Positions 1 to 11,600 of a DNA stretch of 51,719 bases are shown piece by piece. Position numbers and translations under genes: made by a program. This stretch comes from Prorocentrum cordatum (Eukaryota): positions 620,001 through 671,719 of the forward strand of contig CAUYUJ010000015.1 of assembly GCA_963575745.1 (NCBI GenBank). Reading direction: 5' to 3'. How positions within the stretch are numbered: position 1 is the first letter of the stretch; each line of letters begins with the position of its first letter. Under the pieces are notes generated by a model. The model ran no database searches. It saw nothing but the letters and a program-made list of their open reading frames with translations, and had not been told where the DNA came from.

Positions 1-260
1 GACGACGATGACGATGACGGCGGCAATGCCAATGAGAGCACCGATGCTGATCACGCCGATGACGTCGATGGTGTCCACGTGTAAATGATGAAGGTTGTGG
101 AAGGATTTCGACATGCGCGCGCGGCCGAAGAGCGCGAGTGGCCCGCATGGAATCACTTGAGATGGATCGCGTCCGCCCCCCCAGCACGCGCGCAAGGAAG
201 TTCAAATGATTTCGGCGCGCGCGCGCAGAAGGCCCGCTTGGTTGCATGTGATCCAAATTT
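1..260 (+). repeat. Diverged copy of the dispersed repeat family also present at ~37790-38050
   Basis: Collinear shared blocks GATCACGCCGATGAC, TGATGAAGGTT(G/T)TG, CGACATGCGCGCGCGG and CGCGAGTGGCCCGCATGG at 49-150 and 37838-37939. Confidence 0.75.
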
Positions 261-499
261 TGAAAAGTGCACGGTTACCTTAAGAGTTTGCACGAGCGCG
301 CACCTTTTTTCTTTCAAAAGTCATGTTGCAAAACCACGTGAGGGTTTTGATATCCACGCGATTTTTTGGTTTTTGTTTATGGTTTCCGGCATGGGCGTGC
401 GACGACGCGCAGTGTGGGCAATGTCAAGTCGTTCGCCAGGGATTCGTGTAAATGGATGATTGTTGATGCACGAGGGTGCGCGCATAGTCGCATAGTATG

Positions 500-1599
500 A
501 TTCCTCTCGCTTCGCGGGGTGCACGTCCGGAGCACGTACAGTCACGTCGTCGCGGGGCCTCTTGGGAGCCTTTTGGGGGCCTCCTGGAGGCCGCCTGGGA
601 GTTTCTTTTGGCCTTTTGGGGGTTTCTTTGGGGGCTTTCCCCCCTCCTTCCTTTTCATACACCCTCCCCATTTTCCCTTCCATCGCCGGCTCCAATCATG
701 GGCGCCGCAGTGACCAATTTCCACTTGGTTGGCGCTGCGCCGCAGTTCGCCCAGAGGGGGGAAAATAACATTACACACCAGTCGCTGTGTGGCCTTTGGG
801 GGGTTTGTTGGAGGCTCTTTGGAGGCTTCTGGGGGACTTTTTGGAGGCTTGTTGGGGGCCTCTTGGGGCCTCTTGGGGGCGTCTTGGGCTGTTTTGGGGC
901 GCTGTTGCGCCGTTTCGCCCCCTCGGAGGCTGTCTTGGGGGCCTCTCGCGGTCGCATTGGAGCCCTCTTGTGGTCCTCTTGGGCAGTCTTCGCTGCCTCT
1001 TGGACCGTCTTGGGGGCCTCTTTGGGTCGTTTTGGGGCCCTCTTGGGCCGTCTTGGGGCCCTCTTGGGGTTTTTTTGGGCCGTTTTGGGGCGATTCTGGA
1101 AGCTGCTTGGGCCGTCATGGATTTTTGAAAGCCGAAAAAAAAAAACGAAAACGCTAAAATATTGCAAGAACCATCGGAAAATCCACGATTTCGGCGTCTG
1201 GAGGCGCAGTTATGGGCGTTCTTGGGCCCTGTTGGGCCGTCTTTGGAGCTTTTGGGGCCCTCTTGGGGCCGTTTTGGGGGCCTCATGGGCCCCCGTTGGG
1301 AATATCTGGGGCCGTCTTAGGGCCATCTTGAGGCCCTCTTGGAGCCCCAAGAGGCCCAAGAGGCCGAATTTGCTAATTGTTCATATGTTTTTGCTAGTTT
1401 TTAGGACCCCAGAAGGGGGGGGTCCTCTTGGTCCGGCGGTGTGGCGCAGCTCCCAGGGGGGGGGCAGGGGGGGAAGCATAATAATGTAACACAATACAAT
1501 ATGTTGCAATTATGGAATCTTTGGATACATTGGATACGTTGCATTAAGGCGTTCGCCGAAAAACGCTGCCGCTCAGCACGTCACCTCCGGACGTGGATT
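500..1599. mobile_element. Putative non-autonomous rolling-circle-like element, subfamily A copy 1
   Basis: Left end: ATT (500-502), mini-hairpin CGC-TTC-GCG (508-516), arm CACGTCCGGA (522-531). Central GGCCTCTTGG/GGCCGTCTTGG minisatellite. Right end: hairpin CACGTC-acctccg-GACGTG containing the reverse-complement arm TCCGGACGTG (1586-1595), then ATT (1597-1599). Confidence 0.6.
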
Positions 1600-2712
1600 C
1601 CTCTCGCTTCGCGGGTGTGCACGTCCGGACCACGTACAGTCCAGTTGTTGCGGGGCCTTTTGGGAGCTTCCTTGTGGCCTCTTCGAGGTGTCTTGGGTGG
1701 GGGCCTCTTTGGAGGTGTCTTAGAACCGCTCACGCAGTTAGAATGCACCGTGAACGTGCTGCCTTCAGCCATCGTAGCGAGGATTTCCGCCAAGGTGCGG
1801 GGACGTGGAGACTCGCTCGTCGAGGTTCCAACCTCGGGCTGAGGGGGCGATGAGGACGATGAGGAAGAACAGGAGGGAAAAGACGGGGATAGGAATGAGG
1901 ATGACGACGATGAGGAGGATGAGGAGGGCGATGAGGGAAGCGGCGGCCCCATCTTCCCTCCCAGCGCCGGCTCTACTCATGGGCGCCGCCGTGACCAACT
2001 TCCACGCGACAGGGCGCTTTTGCGTTGTATCGCCCCTTGGAAGATCGTCCTGGGGGGATCCCGCGGCCGCCTTGGGGCTCTCTTGGGGTCCTTCTGGGCC
2101 GTCGAAGGGGCCTCTTGGACCGTCTTGGGGGCCTCTTTGGGCCGTGTTGGGGGCCTCTTGGGCCGTCTTGGGGCCTTCTCGGGGGCTTCTTAGGCCTTCT
2201 GGGAGCCATTCTGCAGGCTGCTTGGGCCGTCACTGGCTTGTCAGAGTCGAGAAAGGCGAGAACGTTAAAATCTTCCCACAACCATACGAACATTTATGAT
2301 TGTGGCTTCTGGAGGCGCTATTGGGGATCCTCTTGGGGCCCTCTTGGGGCGTCTTGGTAGGTTTTTGGGCCCTGTCGGGGCCATGTTGGGCCGTCTTGGG
2401 GCAATTTTGGGTCTCTCTTGGGCCGCCTTGAAACCATCATTCGCCTTCTTGACGCCCCTTGTGGGCTTCGAGGAGGGCCCCGAGGCCCAAATCAATGACT
2501 TCCATGCGTTTTTTTTTGTTTTCACAAAGTACGTGGAAACGGGTCGACGACTCGGCGGCGGCCCTGGGGGGGGATTAAGGGGGGGTGCTTTTCAATGTAT
2601 GAGAATGCGATGTTTTGCAATCGGCCTTCCTTGACGTATCGTGGCTGGGCCCTGGCGTCACACACCCGTCCTGTCGGACTGCCGAGACGCTTCGCTGCAG
2701 TCCGGACGTGGA
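1597..2712. mobile_element. Subfamily A copy 2, head-to-tail with copy 1
   Basis: Starts ATTCCTCTCGCTTCGCGGGTGTGCACGTCCGGA, sharing the single ATT with copy 1. Internal CATGGGCGCCGC(A/C)GTGACCAA(T/C)TTCCAC matches 697-724. Ends at TCCGGACGTGGA (2701-2712). Confidence 0.55.
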
Positions 2713-3560
2713 CCGTCGCATGTGTCATCCTCTCGGTGGCAATTTTGGAGGCAGTGTGGGCCGCCATGCCTCCCTCTTGGGGACATCTTGAGGCCCCTTG
2801 GGGGCCTATTTGGGGCATATTGGGGCCTCTTGGGGGCGTCCTGGCGCCCGTCTATGGGCGCTCTTCCGCCGTTTCGCCCCTTCGGAGACCGTCTCGGGGG
2901 CCTCCCACGGCCGCCTTGGGGCACTCTTGGGATGTTTTTTCGCCGTCCTAGGGGCCTCTTGGACCGTCTTGGGGGTTGCTTTGAGCCGTATTGGGGCCCT
3001 CTCGGGCCGTCTTGGGGCCCTTTGGAGGGCTTCTTGGGGCTTCTTGGGGTGTTTTTGGAGGGTGCTTGGGCAGTCATTGGCTTGTCAGCGTCGAGAAAGG
3101 CGAGAACGCGAACATATTCCCAAAACCATAGGAAAATCTATGATTTTGGCTTCTGGAGGCGCTCTTGGGGGGTCCTCTTTGGACCCTCTGGCGGCGTCTT
3201 GTGAGTTTTTGGGCTCTCTTGGGGCCATCTTGGGTCGTCTTGAGGCCGTTTTGAGACTCTCTTCGGCCGCCTTGAAGCCATCTTGAGCCGTCTTGACGCC
3301 CCTTGTGGGCTCCGAGGAGGGCCCAGAGGCCGAAATCAATGATGTCCATAGGTTTTTGTAGGTTGTTGAGTTAGTGGACGAAAGGGGTCGGCGACTCGGC
3401 GGCGGCCCTGGGGGGGGATTAAGGGGGGAGACATAATAATGTAACACAATACAATATGTGGCAATTATGCAATCATTGGAAACATTGGATACGTTGCATT
3501 AGGGCTTCCGCTCCGCTGCGCGACCTGCCTCCGGCAACACGTCACTTCCGGACGTGGATT
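2713..3560. mobile_element. Subfamily A copy 3 (left end degenerate)
   Basis: Same minisatellite. 3432-3500 matches 1477-1546 (CATAATAATGTAACACAATACAATATG...ACATTGGATACGTTGCATTA). Ends CACGTCACTTCCGGACGTGGATT (3538-3560). Confidence 0.55.
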
Positions 3561-3561
3561 C

Positions 3562-5186
3562 ATTGGCTTACGCCGCACCGCCGACCCCTTGGGGCGGCAG
3601 CAAGAGTGAAAGACAATGACGCGGAACGCGCGCGATCGCTGGGAAATCTTGAGGTTTCGGCCTGTACTACGTAGCGTATGGGGTTAAAGAGGGGCCCTTT
3701 TGTAGGGGATTGCTTTAAAGTTTTTCGTGGACTTATCTGAGTCTCTTGGGGCCTTCACGGGGCCTGTCCCAGGCCTCCATTACCACCTCCTGGATAGGCT
3801 CGGGGATCGTTGAGACCCAGCTGAGGTTGCGTCCCGCCAGAAGTTCGAGAGTGGATCCAGCTGTGTCGACGAGGAGCTCCCTGAAGGCCCAGACGGGGCG
3901 GAGAGCGCCCAAGAACTAGGAGTCTCATGCCTCGAACCTGGATCCACCCCGTGTTCCTTCCTTTGCGAAGTGGTGGCGCCTGCCAGGGAGGTCGTTCCTC
4001 ATCCCGGATTTTCGGCGGTGGTCCCCGGCACCGACAACGGTTCTTGGAGGGTGAATTCGAGGAGATGCTTCGGGTGGTCGAAAGACCACGAAAATATGTG
4101 AGACATCGGCGGCGGCGACGTCACGTTCTTTATTTTGTTCCCTTTTCCTCTTCCTGTTCCTCCTCCTCGTCCTTCTCCTTTTCTTCTTCTCGATCGAGGT
4201 AGATGATCGCACCAGTTCATATATATGTATATATATGTGTATATATACGTGTGTATATGTATGTATACATATACATAAACATATACATACATGCGTGCAT
4301 GCATGCATACATCCATCCATACATACATACATACATACATGCATATGTACATATGTACATATGTACCTGGTATGTACATTTGTATATGTATATATAATGG
4401 CCTTCGGCCCATCCCGCCACCGCGCTTTGGTTGGCGGCCTGAGATCCTTGGTGCCTGGGCTGCGGGTTAGAAGTTACATGCCTCAAGTGGTAATTGGGGG
4501 TACTTTTGAGTTTCTTGGCGGCCTCTTGGAGCCTCTTGGGGTCCTCTTGGGGCCTCTTGGGGGGCCTCGTGGGGGCCCCATGGGTCCTGTTGAGCGCCTG
4601 TTGGGCACCGCTGGGGCCGTTTTGGAGCGGACGGTTCGGATTGTTGATTCAGGCTCCTCCTCTTGGGCCCCGCTTCGGGCCGTCTTGGGGCACTTTTGAG
4701 CCGTCTTGGGAGCCTCTTGGGCCGGTTTGGGAGCCTCTTGGGCCGTTTCGAGCGCCTCTTGGGAACCTGTCGGGCCGTTTGGGGGCAGTCTTGGGGGGCT
4801 CCGGGGCCGTCTTCAACGCCGCGAAGGCCGAAAAAACGTGCATCATAAAAATGTAAGAAGTTCTCCTACTAGGAATTTGTCAACTTTGGGGCCCCTCTTG
4901 GGGATGCTCTTGGAGGTTTCCTGGGCCGCTTGGAAGGTTTCTGGGGCCGTCTTGGGGCCATCCTGGGCGTCGGGGCCTTCTTGGACCGTCTTGGTGGCCT
5001 CTTGGGCGGCCCCAGAAGCTGTCGTGGACTTCAAGAACGAGCCCAGGAAGGGCCTGACCCCCCAGGTGAGCTCTGGCTGGACGGCCCTCCCCCCCTCCAA
5101 ATCGACCGGACTTGGCTCCAGGGGAGAGGGGTTTGGGGAAGGGGAAGCATCTCACACGCCGATGATCCCCAAGGGGTCGGCGGATT
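3562..5186. mobile_element. Putative rolling-circle-like element, subfamily B (17-bp perfect asymmetric inverted repeat)
   Basis: Left end: ATT (3562-3564), hairpin GGC-TTAC-GCC, arm CCGCCGACCCCTTGGGG (3578-3594). The exact reverse complement CCCCAAGGGGTCGGCGG (5167-5183) sits within hairpin CGCCGA...TCGGCG and is followed by ATT (5184-5186). Contains the CTCTTGG minisatellite at ~4510-5010. Confidence 0.6.
4219..4396. repeat. AT-rich (TA)/(TACA)/(TATG) microsatellite
   Basis: Direct inspection. Confidence 0.9.
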
Positions 5187-5546
5187 TGACGAGGGCGACG
5201 GGGCTGGGTCGATACAGGCTTGGCTGGGATGATACAAGTTCATATTCAGAATGAACGAGGGGGGAGATCAGTTGTAAATTTCACATTCGCAGAGGGGGGA
5301 AATAAAACCAGGCGGGATATATTTTATTTCCGTAAGGGGAGAATCTACGTCGAGCAATGTATGTGACGAGGCCGCGAAGGGGCGGCGGCGGCGACGACAT
5401 AGCCGCCAGACCGCTACCCAGGCCCAGACGACGGGCGGCGACGGGGCGGCGACGGCGAGTACGGAACCGCCTGACCGCAAGACCGGTCCAGTTCCTCAGA
5501 AGAGAAATAAGAGCCCCATGAGCGCAAGCATGGTTCTGGAAATCGG

Positions 5547-5551
5547 TATAT

Positions 5552-5598
<47 letters not shown>

Positions 5599-5635
5599 TG
5601 TATATGTATAGATATACATATATGTGTATATGCAT
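5547..5635. repeat. (TATACA)n microsatellite
   Basis: Direct inspection. Confidence 0.9.
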
Positions 5636-5934
5636 GTGTCTGCTTATATGTACGCATACAGACATGCATGAGTTCAAAACGTGTTACAAACGCAGCCGCG
5701 CCTTCCTATTTGAAAAGTGTAGCCTTCCAAAAGCTATGCTGGGGCCGAAGGCTGAACTCCTCGGCGGCTCGCCCAGCGGAGGCCGCCGACGGCGAGCACG
5801 ACAAGCCCTGGGGCCGCTGGGTCGCGGGCGGAAGCTGGCCAGCGGCGAAGGCTGGCGGCGGGGAGGAGCCGCCCCCCGCGCCGCGCGCGGAGAGCGGATC
5901 GGCGGGCGCGCTGGGCGGCGCCATCCCGCCAAAG

Positions 5935-6828
5935 AGGCGGAGGAGGCGGAGGAGAAGGAGGAGGAGGAGGAGGGGGTGGGGGGCGGAGGAGGAGGAGGAG
6001 GAGGAGGAGGAGGAGGAGGAGGAGGAGGAGGAGGAGGAGGGGGTCGCCCGCGGGGGATCAGCTGCTCGGGTCGCTTCGGAGTGGTGCCAGCTTCCAAATT
6101 GAGGGGAAGGGGACTCCACAGCGGGCGGCAGAGGCAGAGGGGCGGCAGAGGGCGGGCGGCAGAAGCCGACGGCGTGGAGGAGCCGCTTCCCTCGCCACAC
6201 CTGGGGGCGGGTCGGCGGGCGCGCTGGGTGGCGCGTGCCCCGGCCGTCCGTGGGGGGTCGAAGTTCGAGTTGCGAGCGCTTCGGCGCGACGAGGGGCTGC
6301 TGTCCCTTCTCGGCCTCCGGAGGCCCCCAGAGGGCCCCCCAAACGATTCGGGAGGAGAGGCCAGTTTCTGAGAAGCGGCCGGGGGTGCGAAAGAAGCACG
6401 ACGCCAGCCCGTGGGCCCGTTCCGGCCTGGGCGCGAAGCGCGGCCGGGCGCAGGAGGAGCGGTGGGGACGCCCTCGCCGCGCTTCGGCGCGCGCCAGGCG
6501 GCGGGTGCGCCAGGCGTGCGCAATGGGCCCAGGGCCCCATGCAAGCCCTTCCGCGGCGGCGCGCGGGGGGAATCCTTCCAAGAGTCCTCTTGCAGAACGG
6601 GGGGCCCTGAGGGAAAGGGCCCGTGAAAATCTGGACCGTTTTCGGCCTCCCAGGGACTTTGCTCGCCCCCGAGGCCATTCGAAGACGACTCGAGAAGAGG
6701 GGGATCAGGAGCACCGGCAACAGCAGGGGCAGGAAAAAGATCATAAGGGGGTGGAGGAAGGAAGGAGGAAGAGGATGAGGAGGAGGAGGAGGAGGAGGAG
6801 GCGGAGGAGGAGGAGGGGGAGGAGGGAG

Positions 6829-6914
<86 letters not shown>

Positions 6915-7176
6915 CCAGGAGCCGCCGGTTGAGCGGACGCTGGCCGCCAAGCAGACCGCGGCGGGGGCTCCGCGGCAGCCCGCGTGCCCGCCACCGCCGC
7001 ACCTGCTGAGGAAGGACGCGACGGCCGTGCGGCGCCCGAGAGAGCGCCGAGCGTCGTGTCGCCGCCGCCGCCGCGGCCGCCGCCAACGCGGCAGCCATGG
7101 CGGCTCCTCCTCCTCCTCCTCCTCCTCCTCCTCCTCCTCCTCCTCCTCCTCCTCCTCCACCTCCTCCTCCTCCTCC
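5935..7176. repeat. Trinucleotide tracts: (GGA)n ~5935-6040 and ~6770-6830, (GAC)n ~6830-6912, (TCC)n ~7104-7176
   Basis: Direct inspection. These tracts generate the spurious poly-R/E/D/S ORFs. Confidence 0.9.
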
Positions 7177-7198
7177 ACCGTAGCCAATTTGGCTCAAG
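7177..7198 (+). other. Dinoflagellate spliced-leader (DinoSL) sequence, near-perfect copy
   Basis: ACCGTAGCCAATTTGGCTCAAG vs canonical DCCGTAGCCATTTTGGCTCAAG: 21/22 identical (A at 7187). Followed by GT (7199-7200). Confidence 0.9.
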
Positions 7199-7419
7199 GT
7201 GATGTTTTCCCCAGGGGAGAGAGCGGATACCGCTAGTCCGCGGAAGACAGGACTTCCTGAAGTCTGGCAGGACCTTCTTCATTCGCACCCTGCGATCGGG
7301 GCGGTGGGTAAACGGAGGCGTTTCCTGTTCCTGCCGCCCCGAGCGCTCAGAGACCCACGCGCGCTGAAGAATGCTGCGATGGACGGGAGCCCTTGTGGTC
7401 ATGCACGGCGTGTTGGCAG

Positions 7420-7434
7420 CAACTTTGGCTCGAG
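7420..7434 (+). other. Relict spliced leader
   Basis: CAACTTTGGCTCGAG vs CCATTTTGGCTCAAG (12/15), preceded by AG, 30 bp upstream of ATG 7464. Confidence 0.55.
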
Positions 7435-7463
7435 CAGGAGTGCAGCCTCCGACGGAGAGCGCG

Positions 7464-8655
7464 ATGCCTCTCGCAGTGTCGAGTGGGCCCTCCGGCGGCG
7501 TCGACAACGTGAACGTGACCGACGTGCTGCCGCGTGCTCCGCTGGAAGTCTGGCGCGGGGGGCCCGCGATCGCCTCCAGGAGAGGGACCCCTGGAGCCAG
7601 GGCAGCGGGTGCAGCGGAGGGCGTGGCGGCGCTTCGGGTGCAGCCGCCAACCAGACCGCCGCGCGGGCGCCCATCGGGCCTGTGGCGACCACGCCCCCTG
7701 CAGCTGGACACGCGGCTGCTGCCCCCGCCTTCATCGCGCCGCCAGGAGCCATCCAGACCGATCCAGGTGTGGCAGCCATCTCGGCGGCGGCTGGGTTCCC
7801 TGAGAGTGTCGCGACTGCCCTCTCGCAGACCATCACGGCCGCCACGAACAGCCTCAATGCGACGACGGCGGCGGCGCACCAGCACATGGCGGCGGCCACC
7901 ACGACACATGCCCAGGAGTGCACGGCGAGGTTTGCGGTCGCGGACGCGGACGCGGCGCGCATGCGGGAGCGGCAGGACCAGCTGGAGGCCTCGAGTGCGG
8001 AGCTGCGGGCCAAGGTCGAAGGCATCGCGGTGGCGCTCGAGCAAGCAGAGGCGCAGGTCCCGCTCTTCCAGGCTGCGCGACAGGAGATGTGGGATAGACC
8101 TGCGGCCCCGAACTTTTCCAGATCCAGGTGGAGTCAGGAGTCACAGGGGAGGAGGTCATCAGTGGCCTCGAGGAGCGGCTCGCGGCGGCGTATGTGGGTG
8201 CTGGGCAATATGCGTTGCACTCGCTGCCCTCAGGGCGCACCTACGTGCTGGTGCTCACGGGCGGCGTGGTTGGCTATGAGATGGCGAAGCGTCTCGTCGG
8301 CCAGCCGCGTGCCCCTGGAGGCTGGCGCAGCCTCACGGCGGGCGGGCGCAAGATGTTCATCAATGTCGACAAGTCGAAGCGCACGCAGCGGGTCGAGCTC
8401 CACGCGAAGCGCCTGGCCCAGGCGCCGGCAGAGGTGGCGGGCTCTCCCGAGGGATGGTGGCCCAACAAGATGCGCGCGGAGGTTAGATTCGATCACGAGC
8501 CTGTTGCCAGTGTCTTGGTCGCCGAGGAGGACACCACGACGCTGCTCCGCTGGTCCAACCAGATGGTAGCGAAGCTGGGCTTGGACAAGGCCAAGGTGCA
8601 GGAAGTGTTTGATAGGATGGTTGCGGCCCCGCGAGAGGTGGAGCGGTGCCCCTAA
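7464..8655 (+). pseudogene. LINE ORF1-like protein (coiled coil + RRM/CTD-like), frameshifted
   Basis: Heptad-rich segment ARMRERQDQLEASSAELRAKVEGIAVALEQAE, frameshift near 8115, then globular segment ...GGRKMFINVDKSKRTQRVELHAKRL..., stop at 8653-8655, 15 bp before the ORF2 ATG. Confidence 0.6.
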
Positions 8656-8670
8656 CACTTGTTCTGCGCG

Positions 8671-11600
8671 ATGGCGCCCTTAGCAGTACCAGCACACGGA
8701 AGTTTCGGACAGCGAGATTTGTTTCGTCGCCGACGAAAGTTTGTTATTTTGAGATCGCACATGGCGAAGCAGTACATTATCACGGTGCAGGAGACGCATG
8801 GTGCCGCTGTCGCGCTCGAATCATTCGTGAGCGCGCAGTCGCACCGATACACAGTCCACCTCTCTGCCCTCCGAACGGGGCGCGGTGGTGGAGTTGCAAG
8901 TCTCGTGCCCTCGCCCGAACCACAGGAATGGGCGATGGTGCACCCTTCGCGGCACCCTTCCTCGACGTGCACCGAGCTGGTCCCTGGGCGAGTGCTAATG
9001 GTGATGATCAGCGTGGCGGTCCGACGTCCTGGAACGGTTGCTCACTTGCCTGCGGCCAGCGATGACTGCCGCGTCGCATCACATTCATCAATGCTCATAC
9101 TTTCAATCCGTCAGCAAATGACAAAGTGGCGGTTGCTGAAGCACGGCGCAGCGCGACGCGGCGGGCCCGCAGGCGCGCGCATCAGGAGCTGCGCGTGGCG
9201 GCGGGCGACTTCAACCTGCCAGTGGGGGGCCGCCGCTACTACAGAGTACCGACCACGGCGGCGTTGCGCTCGCCGGTTCGGGGCCACCAGGCGAGGTCGT
9301 TCCGGCGCGACCTGTCCGACGAAGGCGTGGAGATCAACGGGAAGGAGTCCACGCACTACGACAGGCATTCGGACTGCGCCTCCACGCTGGATAGAGTCTT
9401 CTTCATTAGCCTTCCGCGAGATGCCTGCCCGAGCCTGAGGGCAGCGCGAACGGTCGACACCGACCCCGCTACCCCCCCCCCCCCCCCCCTTGCGCAGGCT
9501 GAGTGGCCACGGCGTGGCAGGCCTTGCGCGGGGGCTTCGTCGGGCGAGGCCGATGGCTGAGCGGAAGATTCCCACGTTGATCTTCTCGGCTCCGCTGCGC
9601 CCGTAGCACATCTAGGGGATTCACGCGGCCGAGCGAGAACTCCTCCACGCGCGTGGCGATGATGGTGGTATTCATGAGGAATGGGCCGCAGCGAAGCGGG
9701 CAAAGGTCTCGGCGGCGAAGGCCGCGAGGAACCGCATGCTTGCGCTTCCTGACCTGCAGTCACTACCAGAGGGTGCGGAGCTCAACGCGATGATCATGCG
9801 TTCGGCGGCTAGAGTTACATGGTTGAACGACGCCACTACGGCGCGCATGCCGCTGAAGACCTTTCCCCCGGCGCGGCACCGCATCCGCGTGCAGGACGGC
9901 AGAGCGGAGGCTGTCGACGCCCACGTCTGCGGGGAGGCCGCGCGGACCTCCGCGGGGCACATGTTGGATGAACGACGGCAAGAGGCAGCTCGGCGCGCCC
10001 GACGCGCGCTTGCGGCGGCGCAGAAGCTGGAGGGCGACTACAGGAAGCGGAAGCAGGGGGGCATCCTGAAGAAGGCCCAGCTGCGGCTCCGCAAGCATCC
10101 TGTCTGGCAGCTCAATGGGGCCAAGGTGCGCGCGGAGGCGAGGGGGGGGGGGGGGCTACGGCGACGGGCGCCCCAGTCCTCGGGTCGCCCACTTGGGCGC
10201 CCCTGAGACGCACACGCATTCCTCTCCGTACGCGGCGAAAGATGATGATGCCACGTTGAATGCAGCGCGCGAGTACTGGGGCCCTGTCTTCACAGAACAG
10301 GACATCGACGATGACGCGGCCACAGCGCACATCGAGCGACGGCTCGCTCCTGCCAGTCGCCGCGAGGACTTCGCCCTCAGCGAAGAGGATCTCATGCGCG
10401 CGGCGAGGCATGGTCGAGACCCTTCTCCTGGGCCTAACAGATTGCCGCATGCCGATCGGGCGAGGACGCCCGCGGCGGTCACCCGTCTCTCTCGGCTCTG
10501 CCAGGATGCGCTCGCGGGGCTGGGCCCCCCTGACGGCTTCAACCACGTGCTACTGGTGCTGGTTCCGAAGAGTGGCGAGGCCTTCTGCGCTTCAGAGGTC
10601 ATTCGTCGCCCTGGGGCGCCGCGGCCGCTCATGCCGCTCAACGCGGACAAGCAGCTGATCGCGACAGCGGTCAACCATGAACTGGCGGCAGTGGCGCATC
10701 GGGAGGCAGGGGCGGCCCAGCGCGGATTCGCCCGAAGCAGGTCTTTCATCCCGAACATCATCCACCTTGACTTGATGGCCCGTGCATCAGTGGCATCTGC
10801 GAGACGGGAGGAGGTCATCGCGCGCCGCCCACCTTCGATGCGAAGGCCGCCTTCCCCGGCGCCAACAGGCGCTGGATGATAGTGACCTTGGACAAGTGCG
10901 GCTTATGCGAGGCCACAGCGACCCTGGCCACGGCCACAACCGACCAGCAGGCGGCGCGGCCCAGGGTCGGCGACGACTCGAGGGAGGCCTTCGCGGTTAC
11001 GGCGGGGACTGCTCAGGGATGCCCGATGTCAGGCTCGCTGTGGGCCCTGCTCTTTTCCCCCTCCCTTGAGCACCTGGCTTTTGTGCTGGACATGCCGCGG
11101 CGCGGAGAGTCCTGGAAGATCGAGCGACCTACTGCGTTGCGCAAGGGTGGCGTCAAGGGCTTTGCTGATGGCGCGGGGATCGCGATCCGCGACCTCGCCT
11201 CGTTGTCGCCGATCGGGTCGGTCTTCAGGGCGATGGCGGCCTTCGCGCGCATGGAGCTCACCTTGGCCAAGTGCCACTCGGTGCCGCTCTGGGCGCCGGT
11301 CTCGGAGGCCCTTACCATCATGGTCAAGGGCTCCTTGGAAGCCGCGGCGAACGGCCGGCCGGCCATCGAAATCACCTCCATGGCCAAGTTGTTGGGTTGC
11401 CGGCTGGGCCCTGGAGCGGACCTCAGCAGGCAGCGGCAAGAGCCTGCTGCCAAGTTCGCCGCGAGGGCACGCGCCTTGGGTGCTTCAGCATTATCCAACG
11501 ACGCGCTGACCCAGGCATGCAAGTGTCTGGCGGTGCCGCGACTCCTCTACGTCCGCATGCCCCCCCCGCTGCCCGACGAGGTGCTGGGCCGCGAGCTGGA

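Noticed and set aside
497..5254. Gly/Leu-rich and Pro/Arg/Lys-rich ORFs on both strands
   Set aside because: These are translations of the GGCCTCTTGG minisatellite, open in many frames, with no domain signal.
5684..8044. 786-aa minus-strand ORF
   Set aside because: It consists of trinucleotide tracts plus the antisense of LINE ORF1.
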